DNA from: an uncultured Chloroflexia bacterium
GTDB lineage: Bacteria > Chloroflexota > Anaerolineae > JAAYZQ01
Direction: 5' to 3'
Length of the DNA stretch: 64,000 bases
NCBI GenBank assembly: GCA_963700285.1
Contig: CAVOXA010000001.1
Coordinates: forward strand, 32,001 to 96,000
The notes beneath the pieces were generated by a model. The model worked only from the letters and a program-made list of their open reading frames with translations, did not search any database and was not told the origin of the DNA. Below are positions 12,147 through 23,709 of the stretch, one piece after another. The position numbers and the translations under genes were made by a program. How positions within the stretch are numbered: the stretch's first letter is position 1; the number at the start of each line of letters is the position of its first letter.

Positions 12147-12177
12147 AGGCCCGGCCTCTATCGAGGCCGGGCCCTTT
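12147..12177. terminator. Hairpin between convergent genes
   Basis: ggcccggcctc-tatc-gaggccgggcc followed by cttt. Confidence 0.6.
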
Positions 12178-12216
12178 GCTGCTGGAACCCAACGACGCGT
12201 GGATACGGTTCTCTCG

Positions 12217-12990
12217 CTACGGTCCCACAAACTCGACTTCGGTGACTTGGTTGGCCCCGTCCCCCTCACAATGCTCTGTGACTCTAAGGTTGCCGACGAG
12301 ATTAGAGATAACCTGGCAATTGCTGGCCGTTGCCCGTCCATCCTGCTGGCTGCAGGTCTCCAGCCTCACGACAGCCGCCCTGAACGTACCAGCGGGCAAG
12401 CCGGTCAAGGGAACTTCGTACTTGCCGTTGGGTTCTGACACGGAAACACGGCCCTCCCAGGCATCCGACCACACACCAACGGCGACTCCTTCAAATGGCG
12501 CCCCGTTGGCATGTTTGACGAGACCGGTCACGCCTGCATAGCCGCCACAGTGGGTATACCCCCTGACAATCTGGCCATTGAAGGGTGGGGCCGGCGTGTT
12601 GGTTGGCCTTGGCCGCGGCGTATCCGTTGGCTGTGATGTGGGGCGGGCAGTGGGCTCCTGGCTGGGAGCCGGTGTGCTGCTGGCCGTGGCCGTATTGGTC
12701 GGCAGCGGTGTCGCGGTATCGGTCGGTGTGGGTGGTATAGTCGGCGTGGCGGTTGGCAGTGCTGTATTGGTAGGCGTAGGTGTAGCAGTGGGCGTGTTCG
12801 TTGGAATCGGGGTTGGAGAAGGCGTCAGTGTATCGGTGGGTGTGGCCGTAGCGGTGAAAGTGGCTTTGGGAGTCCGTGTTGGGGTCGGGGAGATGCGGGC
12901 CACTCGCAGCGGCGAATAGTCGGATAGCAGCAGAGCAACGATTGCCCAGCCTGCGACGATAATGCCCAAGATGACTACACGTGCCCTCAT
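12217..12990 (-). CDS. Membrane-anchored Pro/Thr-rich protein with a Cys-containing C-terminal beta domain
   Basis: N-terminal TM helix, ~100 aa TP repeats and a carboxypeptidase-regulatory-like C-domain. Confidence 0.75.
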   Translation of the reverse strand: MRARVVILGIIVAGWAIVALLLSDYSPLRVARISPTPTRTPKATFTATATPTDTLTPSPTPIPTNTPTATPTPTNTALPTATPTIPPTPTDTATPLPTNTATASSTPAPSQEPTARPTSQPTDTPRPRPTNTPAPPFNGQIVRGYTHCGGYAGVTGLVKHANGAPFEGVAVGVWSDAWEGRVSVSEPNGKYEVPLTGLPAGTFRAAVVRLETCSQQDGRATASNCQVISNLVGNLRVTEHCEGDGANQVTEVEFVGP

Positions 12991-13033
12991 ATCACCCCCG
13001 TGTATCTCTTAGCGTTTGGTTCTGTGCTGCTGA

Positions 13034-14224
13034 TTATTTGTCCAGGAGTACTGCCACACCGGGCAGCGGTTTGCCTTCCAGGAATTCCAGGCTGGCCCCG
13101 CCGCCGGTGGAGATGTGGCTCATCTCGCTGGCAAGACCTGTCCGCTGTACCGCGGCGGCCGAGTCACCCCCACCGATGATGGTCGTCGCCTCGGGCAGGG
13201 CGGCCAGCATTCGGGCCACAGCCTCAGTCCCCGTGGCAAACTTGGGAAACTCAAAGACACCCATGGGGCCATTCCATACAACGGTTCGCGCACCCATCAA
13301 GCGCTCATGGAACATCTCCAGTGTACGGGGGCCGATGTCCAGGATGCGCCAGCCCGGGGGGACGTCATTCACCGTCACCACTTGTGAGAAAGCGCTGGCG
13401 TCAAAACGATCTGCCACCGTCACGTCAACCGGCAGGACCAGCTTGTTGCCAGCTCGTTCGATGAGGTCCTGGGCAGTCTCCAAGCTACTGTCCTCCACCA
13501 GTGACTCGGCCACCTCGTATCCGTCGGCTTTGAGGAAGGTATTCGCCATGCCGCCCCCGATGAGCAGGGCGTCAACCTGCCCCAGCAGGTTCTCGATGAC
13601 GCCAATCTTGTCCGAGATCTTGGCTCCGCCCAGGATGGCGACAAAGGGCCGTTGGGGGGAGGCCAAGGCGCCGCCCAGGAAGACCAGCTCCTTCTCCATC
13701 AGCAGCCCGGCGACGGCGGGCAGGTACTGGGCGACTCCCTCGGTCGAGGCATGGGCACGGTGCGCCGAGCCAAATGCATCGTTGACATACAGGTCTGCCA
13801 GCGCCGCTAGTTGCCGGGCAAAGGCAGGATCATTCATTGTCTCTTCCGGGTGGAACCGCGTATTCTCCAGCAGGAGAACATCGCCAGGCTCCGCCGCCGC
13901 GACGGCCGCTTCTACTTCTGGACCCACACAGTCGTCCAGTTTGAGCACGGGGCGGCCCAGAAGCTCCGACAGGCGTCGGGCCACAGGATCCATTTTCAGG
14001 TCGTCTACCACCTGGCCCTTGGGCCGGCCCAGGTGTGAGGTGAGGATCAGCGTCGCCTTCTTGTCCAGGAGATACTGGATGGTGGGCAATGCCGCCTGGA
14101 TGCGAGTGTCATCGGCTACCGTTGGGCCGGTGCTTGTCTCTCCGATCAGGGGCACGTTGAAATCGACGCGTACCAGGACTCGCTTGCCCTGACGATCGAC
14201 GTCACGAATTGTCTTCTTGTTCAC
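13034..14224 (-). CDS. pgk: Phosphoglycerate kinase
   Basis: [20 protein letters not shown] and [15 protein letters not shown] motifs. Confidence 0.97.
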   Translation of the reverse strand: MNKKTIRDVDRQGKRVLVRVDFNVPLIGETSTGPTVADDTRIQAALPTIQYLLDKKATLILTSHLGRPKGQVVDDLKMDPVARRLSELLGRPVLKLDDCVGPEVEAAVAAAEPGDVLLLENTRFHPEETMNDPAFARQLAALADLYVNDAFGSAHRAHASTEGVAQYLPAVAGLLMEKELVFLGGALASPQRPFVAILGGAKISDKIGVIENLLGQVDALLIGGGMANTFLKADGYEVAESLVEDSSLETAQDLIERAGNKLVLPVDVTVADRFDASAFSQVVTVNDVPPGWRILDIGPRTLEMFHERLMGARTVVWNGPMGVFEFPKFATGTEAVARMLAALPEATTIIGGGDSAAAVQRTGLASEMSHISTGGGASLEFLEGKPLPGVAVLLDK

Positions 14225-14334
14225 GGATCGTCCTCCGTATGGGGATACAGGGCCTGAGGGGCCTGATATGAATCTCAGACCCCTCAGGTTCTACGTTAAG
14301 GGTGGATCAACCCCAGTTTGGCGGTCGCCCAAGC

Positions 14335-15366
<1,032 letters not shown>

Positions 15367-15404
15367 TTATTTTGGTTGTACCGGGGCTGGAACCCCGGTG
15401 TTCT

Positions 15405-15779
15405 CTACAATGCATGAAAAATATCGCTGCTGCTAACGATGCCAACCATCGTCTCACCGTCGAACACCAATGCGCGCCGGATATCGGCTCGGGCAAACAA
15501 GGCTGAACACTCTTGCAAGCTGATGTTCGGCGCTACTGTGATAACGGGCTTGCTCATGATCTCATGGACATGGACCTGGCCTGGTTCCAGTCCGACGGCC
15601 ACGACTTTTTCGATCACGTCCGTCTCGGTCATGAAACCCCAGGTGTGCATGCCTTCCCCAGGTCTGACCAGGAGGCTGGAGACTTTTTTCTCCTTCATCT
15701 TTTCAATCGCTTCGGCTACCCGGGCATTGGCATCAATATCGACAACCTGCCTGGTCATCACGTCTGCTGCTGATTGCAT
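15405..15779 (-). CDS. CBS domain protein
   Basis: Two CBS repeats (DVMTRQVV..., EIMSKPVITV). Confidence 0.85.
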   Translation of the reverse strand: MQSAADVMTRQVVDIDANARVAEAIEKMKEKKVSSLLVRPGEGMHTWGFMTETDVIEKVVAVGLEPGQVHVHEIMSKPVITVAPNISLQECSALFARADIRRALVFDGETMVGIVSSSDIFHAL

Positions 15780-15792
15780 CGTCCTCGCCTCC

Positions 15793-16818
15793 TCATCCGC
15801 TAGTGCTAGTTCTCCAATTGGCATAAAAGTCCATCATTCGGTCGGCAAGTTTCTTTGCGTCATGCCGCCAAGGGGCGGATCGATCAATCAGATCGGCCTC
15901 AATCACCCGGTATGCGCCATTGGCTGGATAGTGCAGTTCCACCAGTTGCAGGTGCGGATACTCTGGGCTTGGTATCAGGTTGTTATTTACCATGACGTAG
16001 GGAAACAACCCATACCCGGTGTGGTCATGCAGGGCGCTTACATGTTGCCCAACGTCGAGCCCATCGGTCTCACCCGGTTGGGTGGCGACGTTGCACACAT
16101 AGACCTTTAACGCCTGCGACGCTGCGACTGCTCTCCGAATGTCCTCGATGAGCAGATTGGGCAGGATGCTCGTAAACAAACTCCCCGGCCCGGCGATGAT
16201 GAGGTCGGCGTCGAGGATAGCCTTCACTGCCCCGGGATAGGCCCTCACTCGTTCAGGTCGCAAAAAGACGCGCTCGATCGGCTGTCCGGCCTTGGGAATT
16301 GCCGACTCCCCCCGGACTCGAGTAAGCCCTGATCGTGGAGCATCAACTTCCCCGCCAGGGGATGCGCCAGCAGAGCATCGAAGATCAGCTACCAGCGTCA
16401 CGTCTTCCAACGTGGCGGGCAGGATACACCCTTGTACGGCCAGAACGCGCCCCGTCTCCAAAATCGCTTGCTCAAAACTACCGGTTACTGCAGACAGAGC
16501 AGTAATGAATAGGTTGCCAAAGCTGTGGCCGTGTAGGCCGTGGCCCTGTCCAAAGCGATATTGGAAGAGTTGGGTGATCAATGCCTCATCGTCAGCCAGA
16601 GCAGCGATACAGTTTCGGAAATCGCCCGGGGGTAGTACCCCCAATTCACGGCGCAAACGGCCTGACGATCCTCCGTCATCGGCCACGGTGACGATGGCGG
16701 TGATGTGAGGGCTGTGCGCTTTCAGGCCTCGCAGGGACGTCGAAAGACCTGTTCCTCCACCAATGGCCACCACCTTTGGGGCCTGACCTGTTGGCTTATT
16801 CTTCCCAAGTGTGACCAT
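15793..16818 (-). CDS. yvcK: YvcK/GlmR family protein (CofD-like)
   Basis: GGGTGLS, ADDGGSSGRLR, PPGDFRNC, GHSFGNL and GPGSLFTS motifs. Confidence 0.92.
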   Translation of the reverse strand: MVTLGKNKPTGQAPKVVAIGGGTGLSTSLRGLKAHSPHITAIVTVADDGGSSGRLRRELGVLPPGDFRNCIAALADDEALITQLFQYRFGQGHGLHGHSFGNLFITALSAVTGSFEQAILETGRVLAVQGCILPATLEDVTLVADLRCSAGASPGGEVDAPRSGLTRVRGESAIPKAGQPIERVFLRPERVRAYPGAVKAILDADLIIAGPGSLFTSILPNLLIEDIRRAVAASQALKVYVCNVATQPGETDGLDVGQHVSALHDHTGYGLFPYVMVNNNLIPSPEYPHLQLVELHYPANGAYRVIEADLIDRSAPWRHDAKKLADRMMDFYANWRTSTSG

Positions 16819-16846
16819 TCTTCATCCGACCGCGTTATATCCAAAT

Positions 16847-16875
16847 ATTATATCCCAGTTTTCGGGCCACGTCAA
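16847..16875 (-). promoter_or_regulatory. Sigma70 promoter of the yvcK-CBS-gap-pgk operon
   Basis: Minus strand TTGACG-17 bp-TATAAT. The -35 box lies inside the direct repeat flanking the IS. Confidence 0.75.
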
Positions 16876-16891
16876 TGTTACTACATCTTGG
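16859..16891 (+). repeat. Direct repeat flanking ISAs1, copy 1
   Basis: ttttcgggccacgtcaatgttactacatcttgg; 31/33 identical to 18162-18194. Confidence 0.9.
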
Positions 16892-18161
16892 GGTACGGCT
16901 GTTGCAAAGTCATCCCGGAGACCGTAGAACCAAGGCTACCGCATCTGGCAGATTGGCCGCGTAGTAGCGACGCGCATCCGGCAGGGTCTCAAAACTGACA
17001 TCCCGTAGCAAGCCCAACACCAGGTTATTGATAGCGGCCATCGCTTGTGCTCCTTGGCCCTTCAATCTGCAGCGATCCTCTTTTAGGGTATCATCGCGAC
17101 GGAAATGAAGCCCGTTTTCAATGCCCCAATGACCACGATTAAGCGCTAACAGTCGGTCCGCATTCGCCTCATCTCTTGTCAGGCTGCTTACGCCATACGA
17201 GACTTCCTGGAAGACCTTGTCATCCGAGGTGCGTACAAAATGGCGTTCTAGACGGAAGACCTGCTCACAATCAGGCCATTTTACATACTCCTTCAGCATG
17301 CTACTGCTGGTCAGGGTTCGTCGTTCCCGGCGGCCATGTCCTTTTCCATGCGTGATTGCCGTCTGGAAATCTTTGTGACACGGACTGAATCCACCGGTGC
17401 ACATTTCGGGCTCAAACAAGGTTTCGATGTCTCGTTTCAACTGCCCCTGATTGTCCTTCACCCTCCAGACATAGTCCCCACCATCTTCCACTATCGCCAT
17501 CGATAGCTCCCGCTGCGTCAACAATGCGTCGCCGGTCACTACTTTTCCTCGCAAATCAAGCTGTTTGATGGCTCGCATGGCGGCTGGAATCTCGTTTTCG
17601 TGGCTACCCACCTCGACCTGAAACGCGACCCAGCCCTCTTCCGGCAAATATGCGCTTAGTAGATGAACACCTCTAGTTTTACCCTCCGGGATCGTGGCCC
17701 GCATCGTCTTGCCATCCAGATTGATCAGAATGCTTTGCCCTGTCCCCGGCTGCTCCTGAAAGAAATCACGGACTACTTGTTCAAAGGCATCGATGTCTAT
17801 TGCCTTGTTCAGAACACGGCTGTACGTCGTGGCGTGTGGTGCTTGCGCCTTGGACAGCCCCAGGGCCTCGGCCAAAACCTCTTTGCGGAGTGCTACCCAC
17901 TGTGCAATCCCGCGTAGATGGTCTTCTCCACTCAGCTTGGCCAGGACGATGAATACCAATACGGTCACCAAGGTGAAGCGCAGCCCGCGCGCATCACGTC
18001 GATCCTGGAGCTCGGCCAAGGCGGCGAACAAACTGTCCAAATCAATGACGACTCCTTCGGGCCTCAGATTGACATCGAACGAAAGCGGAATATACTTCAT
18101 CTTGCCCCTCCTTGGTTCCTGGGTTGCTCATCACTCCCCAATACCAAGGTAGGGGCTTTTT
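16892..18161 (-). mobile_element. ISAs1-family insertion sequence (boundaries approximate)
   Basis: Intact transposase, an IS-end-like GGCTGTTGCAAAGTCA overlapping the stop, and flanking 33-bp direct repeats. Confidence 0.8.
16910..18100 (-). CDS. ISAs1 family transposase
   Basis: LDGKTMR, NEIPA, TGDALLTQ, VKDNQ, HGRRERR and RGHWGIENGLHFRRDDTLKED motifs. Confidence 0.93.
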   Translation of the reverse strand: MKYIPLSFDVNLRPEGVVIDLDSLFAALAELQDRRDARGLRFTLVTVLVFIVLAKLSGEDHLRGIAQWVALRKEVLAEALGLSKAQAPHATTYSRVLNKAIDIDAFEQVVRDFFQEQPGTGQSILINLDGKTMRATIPEGKTRGVHLLSAYLPEEGWVAFQVEVGSHENEIPAAMRAIKQLDLRGKVVTGDALLTQRELSMAIVEDGGDYVWRVKDNQGQLKRDIETLFEPEMCTGGFSPCHKDFQTAITHGKGHGRRERRTLTSSSMLKEYVKWPDCEQVFRLERHFVRTSDDKVFQEVSYGVSSLTRDEANADRLLALNRGHWGIENGLHFRRDDTLKEDRCRLKGQGAQAMAAINNLVLGLLRDVSFETLPDARRYYAANLPDAVALVLRSPG

Positions 18162-18194
18162 TTTTCAGGCCACGTCAATGTTACGACATCTTGG
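18162..18194 (+). repeat. Direct repeat flanking ISAs1, copy 2
   Basis: ttttcaggccacgtcaatgttacgacatcttgg. Confidence 0.9.
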
Positions 18195-18325
18195 AGGATC
18201 TGTCTCTGTCACAAACATAGCTGACCCATGCCAGGAACTGGAAAATGCTCCCCCGCTCCGTACCGTTGTTGGCCCCTTTGCGCGAACAGTGATACAATGG
18301 GACCGTGAACCTGGAGGAGCTGGCC

Positions 18326-20575
18326 ATGACCGACACGATAGAGATCTTGGCGGGATTGAATCCTGCCCAGCGCGACGCAGTCCAGGCAGTGGAGGGACCT
18401 GTTCTGGTCCTGGCTGGGCCTGGCAGCGGCAAGACTCGGGTACTGACCCACCGTGTGGCTTACCTGGTAAAGGAGTACGATGTACCGCCTTGGCAGATCA
18501 TGGCGGTTACTTTTACAAACAAGGCTGCTCGCGAGATGAGAGACCGCCTCTTCCGGTTGCTAGGTGAGGATTCTCGAAAGTCGACGATTGGAACCTTCCA
18601 CGCCATCTGTGCTCGCATCCTGCGCCAGGAAGCCGAGGCGATCGGTATCTCATCCCGGTACATTATCTATGATGCTAGCGATCAGGTCAGCCTGGTACGA
18701 AGAGCCATCCGGGATCTGGGCTTGGACGACAAGCTGTTCCGCCCCAATTCTATGCTCCGCGCCATCTCTAGTGCCAAGAACGAACTCATCGCTCCCGCCG
18801 AGATGCAGGCTGCTACCTACCGTGAGGAAGTTGTCAAACGGGTGTACGAGCGCTACCAGGCCCTGTTGGCAGAGAATGGGGCACTGGACTTTGATGACCT
18901 GCTGACAAAGACGGTACAACTATTCCGGAAAAATGTCGATATTCGAAACAAGTACCAGCACCGGTATCCATTCGTCCTGGTGGACGAGTGGCAGGATACC
19001 AACATGGCCCAGTACGAACTGGTCAAGCTCCTGGCCGGTCAGCGGGCCAACCTCTTTGTCGTGGGTGATGAAGACCAATCCATCTACCGTTTCCGCGGAG
19101 CTGACTATCGCAACGTGGCCCGCTTCCGGGAGGATTATCCCCATGCCCAAGTAATCCTTCTGGAGCGCAACTACCGGTCTACCCAGACCATCCTCGATGT
19201 CGCCAATGCCCTCATCGTGCGCAACCTGCATCGCCACCCGAAGCGGCTCTACACCGAGCAAACCGGCGGCCCACAACTCTCCATCATCGAGGCCTATGAT
19301 GAACAGGAAGAGGGCGACATGGTTGTCAGTGAGATTCTGCGCCTGGTGGCACGGGACCAGGCAAAGTTGGGCGACTGCGTGGCCATGTACCGCACCAACG
19401 CCCAGTCACGCCCCATCGAGGATGCCTTTGTACGGCGAGGGGTTCCCTACAAGCTGGTCGGTGCGACACGCTTCTACCAGCGCCAGGAGATCAAGGACAT
19501 CATGGCCTATCTGCGTCTCATCCATAATCCTTACGACGGAGTAGGCTTGGCGCGAATCATCAATGTGCCGCCACGCGGAATCGGCCAACGCACGATCCAA
19601 ATGCTTGTCCAGTGGGCAAATGGCATGGCTGTGCCGGCGTATGCTGCACTGCAGATCTTGGCCGAAGCGGAGGCGGAGGAGAATTCAGTCACAGAGATAC
19701 CCTTTGGCACGCGGGCCAGGAAGGCTCTGCTGGATTTTGTCGAGTTCCTCGAGGACTTGATCCGGTTGCGGGACCAGGTCAATCTGCTGGAGCTACTCGA
19801 TCTGTTGCTGGAGCGGAGTGGCTATGCACGATCTGTCCAGGATGGCAGCGACGAGGGGCAGGCCCGGTGGGAAAATATCATGGAGCTACGTACGGTCGCC
19901 CGCGACTATGCGGATCTGCCGGTAGAGACCGCGCTCACTACTTTCCTCGAGGAGGTCGCCCTGGTCTCGGACGTGGACAACCTGGATGCTGGGGTTGACG
20001 CGCCCACGCTGCTAACGTTGCACGCCGCCAAGGGACTGGAGTTTCCGGTGGTTTTCATTGTTGGCATGGAGGAAGGGCTTTTTCCTCACAGCCGATCGAT
20101 GGACGATCCGGAACAGATGGAGGAAGAGCGACGGCTTGCCTACGTGGGTGTGACTCGGGCCAAGCAGCGGCTTTACCTCCTCCGTACCTTTCGGCGGACG
20201 CTATACGGTGAAAGTGAGATCCGCGAGCCCTCGCGCTTTCTCCGTGACATCCCGGCCAAGCTCATCAAGGGGCGGGAGAAGGCACAGGCGGCGAAACAGC
20301 CAGCCCTTGATATAGGGGCAGGCCGGTTTCTGGGGCGGAGGTCTTTTACGCCCTTTTCATCACGCAGGGAGTCGAGTCCCACGAACCCGCGTCCGCAGCC
20401 AGTGGCTACCAGCTTTCACACCGGTGACCAGGTCCGGCACGAGGTGTTCGGCCAGGGGGTGGTGATCGAAAGCAAGCCCGTCGGGGGTGATGAGCAGGTG
20501 ACTGTCGCCTTTGCTGGGGCCGGGCTCAAACGGCTGATGGCCAGCCTGGCGCCGATGGAAAAACTGGAGAGCTAG
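18326..20575 (+). CDS. pcrA: ATP-dependent DNA helicase PcrA/UvrD
   Basis: AGPGSGKT, DEWQD, GDEDQSIY, TLHAAKGLEF and EEERRLAYV motifs, plus a C-terminal Tudor-like domain. Confidence 0.95.
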   Translation: MTDTIEILAGLNPAQRDAVQAVEGPVLVLAGPGSGKTRVLTHRVAYLVKEYDVPPWQIMAVTFTNKAAREMRDRLFRLLGEDSRKSTIGTFHAICARILRQEAEAIGISSRYIIYDASDQVSLVRRAIRDLGLDDKLFRPNSMLRAISSAKNELIAPAEMQAATYREEVVKRVYERYQALLAENGALDFDDLLTKTVQLFRKNVDIRNKYQHRYPFVLVDEWQDTNMAQYELVKLLAGQRANLFVVGDEDQSIYRFRGADYRNVARFREDYPHAQVILLERNYRSTQTILDVANALIVRNLHRHPKRLYTEQTGGPQLSIIEAYDEQEEGDMVVSEILRLVARDQAKLGDCVAMYRTNAQSRPIEDAFVRRGVPYKLVGATRFYQRQEIKDIMAYLRLIHNPYDGVGLARIINVPPRGIGQRTIQMLVQWANGMAVPAYAALQILAEAEAEENSVTEIPFGTRARKALLDFVEFLEDLIRLRDQVNLLELLDLLLERSGYARSVQDGSDEGQARWENIMELRTVARDYADLPVETALTTFLEEVALVSDVDNLDAGVDAPTLLTLHAAKGLEFPVVFIVGMEEGLFPHSRSMDDPEQMEEERRLAYVGVTRAKQRLYLLRTFRRTLYGESEIREPSRFLRDIPAKLIKGREKAQAAKQPALDIGAGRFLGRRSFTPFSSRRESSPTNPRPQPVATSFHTGDQVRHEVFGQGVVIESKPVGGDEQVTVAFAGAGLKRLMASLAPMEKLES

Positions 20576-20587
20576 AGCCGAGTACTT

Positions 20588-21061
20588 TTACGACAGCGGG
20601 GCAAAGCTTCTTGCCCGGTCGACCAGCCGCCGCCAGACAGGCCCCCCTACCATCGCGTCAGCTACGGCCAGAATGTCGCAGACTAGACCCAGAATGTCGC
20701 CGTTCCCCTCCCAGTGTTCGCGCACAACGGACGGATCGGTTGTCTCCAGCAGGTCATAGAGTACATAGGCCGCCAATGCCACGTCATCTACCAGGCCGGC
20801 TGGACCGAGGACAAGCTCAGGGACAAGATCCAGTGGATTGATGAAATAGGCCACCGCACCGCCTATCTTTGCTCTGTTGGTCCGGCTCACACGGTCATCG
20901 CGCGAGAGCCGGACCATGAGCATAAAGAGATCAGGACTGACCAGAATATAGTCAGCGTAGCGGTTGGCCCTGCTCTGATCCCCTCCTGCCCATATTCTCA
21001 CCGCCCGTCGCAGTCTGCGATAGTACTTGCTTTGCTCGGCACCTGCTGCCTCTTTTGCCAT
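20588..21061 (-). CDS. YkvA/DUF1232 family protein
   Basis: AYFINPLDLVPE...GLVDD motif. Confidence 0.8.
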   Translation of the reverse strand: MAKEAAGAEQSKYYRRLRRAVRIWAGGDQSRANRYADYILVSPDLFMLMVRLSRDDRVSRTNRAKIGGAVAYFINPLDLVPELVLGPAGLVDDVALAAYVLYDLLETTDPSVVREHWEGNGDILGLVCDILAVADAMVGGPVWRRLVDRARSFAPLS

Positions 21062-21188
21062 TGTTCCCTCCGCGCGCTGGCAGCACGACAGGCCCACCCC
21101 CAAGACACGGTTGGCACCAACCCCAATGCACAAGATTGTACCAGCTAGGTACAGAATTGTCAAGCAAGTCCTTGAAGCCTGGGGCACG

Positions 21189-21385
21189 GGGTGTATTTCA
21201 CCTCTCAGGGTGACTTGGGCGGAGATGCCGTCATTCTTGGCGGCCCATGATGCAGAAAGCCTCTCGATGTGCGAAAGCTCGCCCCGTAGACCGTCATCCT
21301 TCGACTACTCTCAGGACATGCTTTGAGCGAAGCGAAGAAGGACATGTCTCCGACTTTATGTCGTCCAGGAATCAGAAATACACCC
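21189..21385 (+). mobile_element. MITE-like element, copy 1
   Basis: Perfect 11-bp TIR GGGTGTATTTC/GAAATACACCC; homologous in inverted orientation to 46780-46983. Confidence 0.75.
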
Positions 21386-21502
21386 TGGAGCACGTAGATC
21401 TGCGGTTGGCAGAGACCAGCGCTTGCTGAATTGACCCAGATCGGTTACAATCAGCCTCAATGCATTGCTGCCCGCCTGTCCCACGGGGAAAGGAGTTCCG
21501 TG

Positions 21503-23484
21503 ATGCCAAGCACATCAGATGTCAGCCGAACCTATCGCCGCGTCGTCAATGCCTGGTGCATGTACGACTGGGCCAACTCTGCTTTTGCAACGACGATCCT
21601 GGCCGCTGTATTGCCCATCTTCTACAGCCAGGTAGCTGGCGCCACGCTTCCCAGTGAGGCTGTGGCCACAGCCTACTGGAGCGTGGGCCTGAGCCTTTCA
21701 CTCCTCGTCGTAGCCGTTCTTTCCCCCTTGTTGGGCACCATCTCTGATGTGATGCGCGGCAAGAAACGTTTTCTGGCCATCTTTGCTGGATTGGGTATCG
21801 TGGGTACTGGCCTGTTGGTCCTGGTAAGTACCGGCGACTGGCTGCTGGCTTCCATTCTCTTTGTCCTGGGCCGGATCGGCTTCACCGGCGCCAATGTATT
21901 CTACGATGCGCTGTTGCCTCACGTGGCCAAGGAGGACGATCGGGACCGGGTATCCACCCGCGGTTTTGCCCTGGGTTACCTGGGTGGCGGCCTGCTCCTG
22001 GCCATTAACGTGGTGATGATCCAGTTGCTGCCTGGTACGTGGGGTCCCCGCCTCTCATTCCTGAGTGTCGCCATCTGGTGGGCTGTTTTTTCAATCCCGA
22101 TCCTGACCCGCGTGCCAGAACCACCCGCCGCCACGGCCAAGCTCGGTCCAGGCGAAAGCGTGATCGCGGTCAGTCTCAAGCGCCTGTGGGGGACCCTCAA
22201 GGACATCCGGCACTACCGGCAGTTGTTCAAGTACCTGATGGCTTTCTTGATCTATAACGATGGCATCGGCACCATCATCGGCGTGGCGGCCATCTATGGG
22301 GCGGAACTTGGCTTTGGCAGTGTGGAGTTGATTCTGGCTCTGTTGCTGGTGCAGTTTGTAGGCATCCCCTTCAGTTTGATCTTTGGGCGACTGCCCAGTG
22401 ACGCAGATAAGCGACGGCCGTTGTACTTGGCTTTTATCGCATTCAATCTTGTCGCCCTGCCACTGGTTGGCCTGGTTGGTGCCCGGGCTCTGCCGGGAGA
22501 GGTTTCAGGCGCGCCGCTGCCACCATACGCGGCTACGGCCACGGCCGTTGGTGAAGGTACCTATCTGGCTGGTGATAACGCTCTGAACTTCGAAGGTTCT
22601 TGGCAGATGGAAGCCATCCCGGCCGATGAGCTGGGTTCCGAAGAAGATGCGACCCATGCCGTGAGTGACGAGGCAGGTGCCCGCTACGAGCTGGCTTTCA
22701 ACGGGCAGGAGGTCGAGATTACCTACAGCACAGGACCCGCAGGCGCTATCTGGGCTGTGCAAGTGGACGGCCAGCCGGTCCTAGATGAGGACACAGGTGA
22801 CCCGCTGACGCTGGATGGCTACAATCCGACCGTACGCCACGGGGTACGCCACACCGTCAAGGCATTGGAGCCCGGAGAGCACGTTCTGGGCGTGGTTAAT
22901 ACCGGCGAACGCAATACCGACAGCCAGGGGACCGCCATGACCTGGCTCAGCTGGAGGTACTGGCCCCGATTCGCCAGAGCAGCCTGCCGATGATCATCGG
23001 CCTGATCGCGATTGTGGAGGTGGTCGGCGTTCTCTTTGCCCTGCTGCTGGGCCGTCCCCTCTTTTCGCGACTGGCCATGACCTTGGACACGCGCCGCAGC
23101 ATCATCCTGGCCTTGGTGTTCTATGCTGTGATCGCCATATGGGGCTTTGTCCTCGACTCAGTGGTCGAGTTCTGGTTCCTGGCCTGGATGGTAGCCGTTG
23201 TGCAGGGCGGCAGCCAGGCGCTCAGTCGCAGCCTGTATGCCAGCATGTCACCGGCGGCAAAGAGTGGCGAGTTCTTTGGCCTCTACGGCGTGATGGAGAA
23301 ATTTTCGGCCATCATTGGCCCCCTTCTCTTTGCCGCTGCTGCCACGATCTTTGACAGTAGCCGTCCCGCCGTCCTGAGTCTGATCGTGCTCTTTCTCGTT
23401 GGCATCTTTTTGCTGACACGGGTGGACGTTGAGGAGGGACGCCGCGTAGCCAAGGAGGAGGATGCAAGATCTGGCTTGATCTAG
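21503..23484 (+). CDS. MFS transporter (Atg22/UMF1-like) with an inserted soluble domain, frameshift near 22950
   Basis: AWCMYDWANSAF, GYLGGG, QGGSQALSRS and EFFGLY motifs. Confidence 0.85.
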
Positions 23485-23551
23485 GCTCACTCGATCCCGA
23501 AAAGTGTAATTTGTGTCGCAATGTCAGTGCTGGACGTCACAACGAGACGAT

Positions 23552-23579
23552 TTGTCATTCCGCCGAACTATGGTATAAT
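23552..23579 (+). promoter_or_regulatory. Putative sigma70 promoter
   Basis: TTGTCA-16 bp-TATAAT with a TGn extended -10. Confidence 0.55.
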
Positions 23580-23709
23580 GCCCCTCCCATGGAGGGGCTT
23601 TTGCTCGCCGCATCTGGTGAAGCGTATGGCCTAGTTGCTGCGCTGAGGGCGCAAGACGCCTCAGCGCATAACTGTGTCAGCCCGCTGGATGAACAGATTG
23701 GGAGGATCC

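Noticed and set aside
12981-14192. Long antisense ORFs opposite pgk, tuf, ftsH, the LysM gene and the MFS genes
   Set aside because: These are shadow ORFs typical of high-GC coding strands and show no recognisable motifs.
18285-18296. LexA box upstream of pcrA (GAACAGTGATAC)
   Set aside because: The right half-site deviates at two positions, which is too weak to call.
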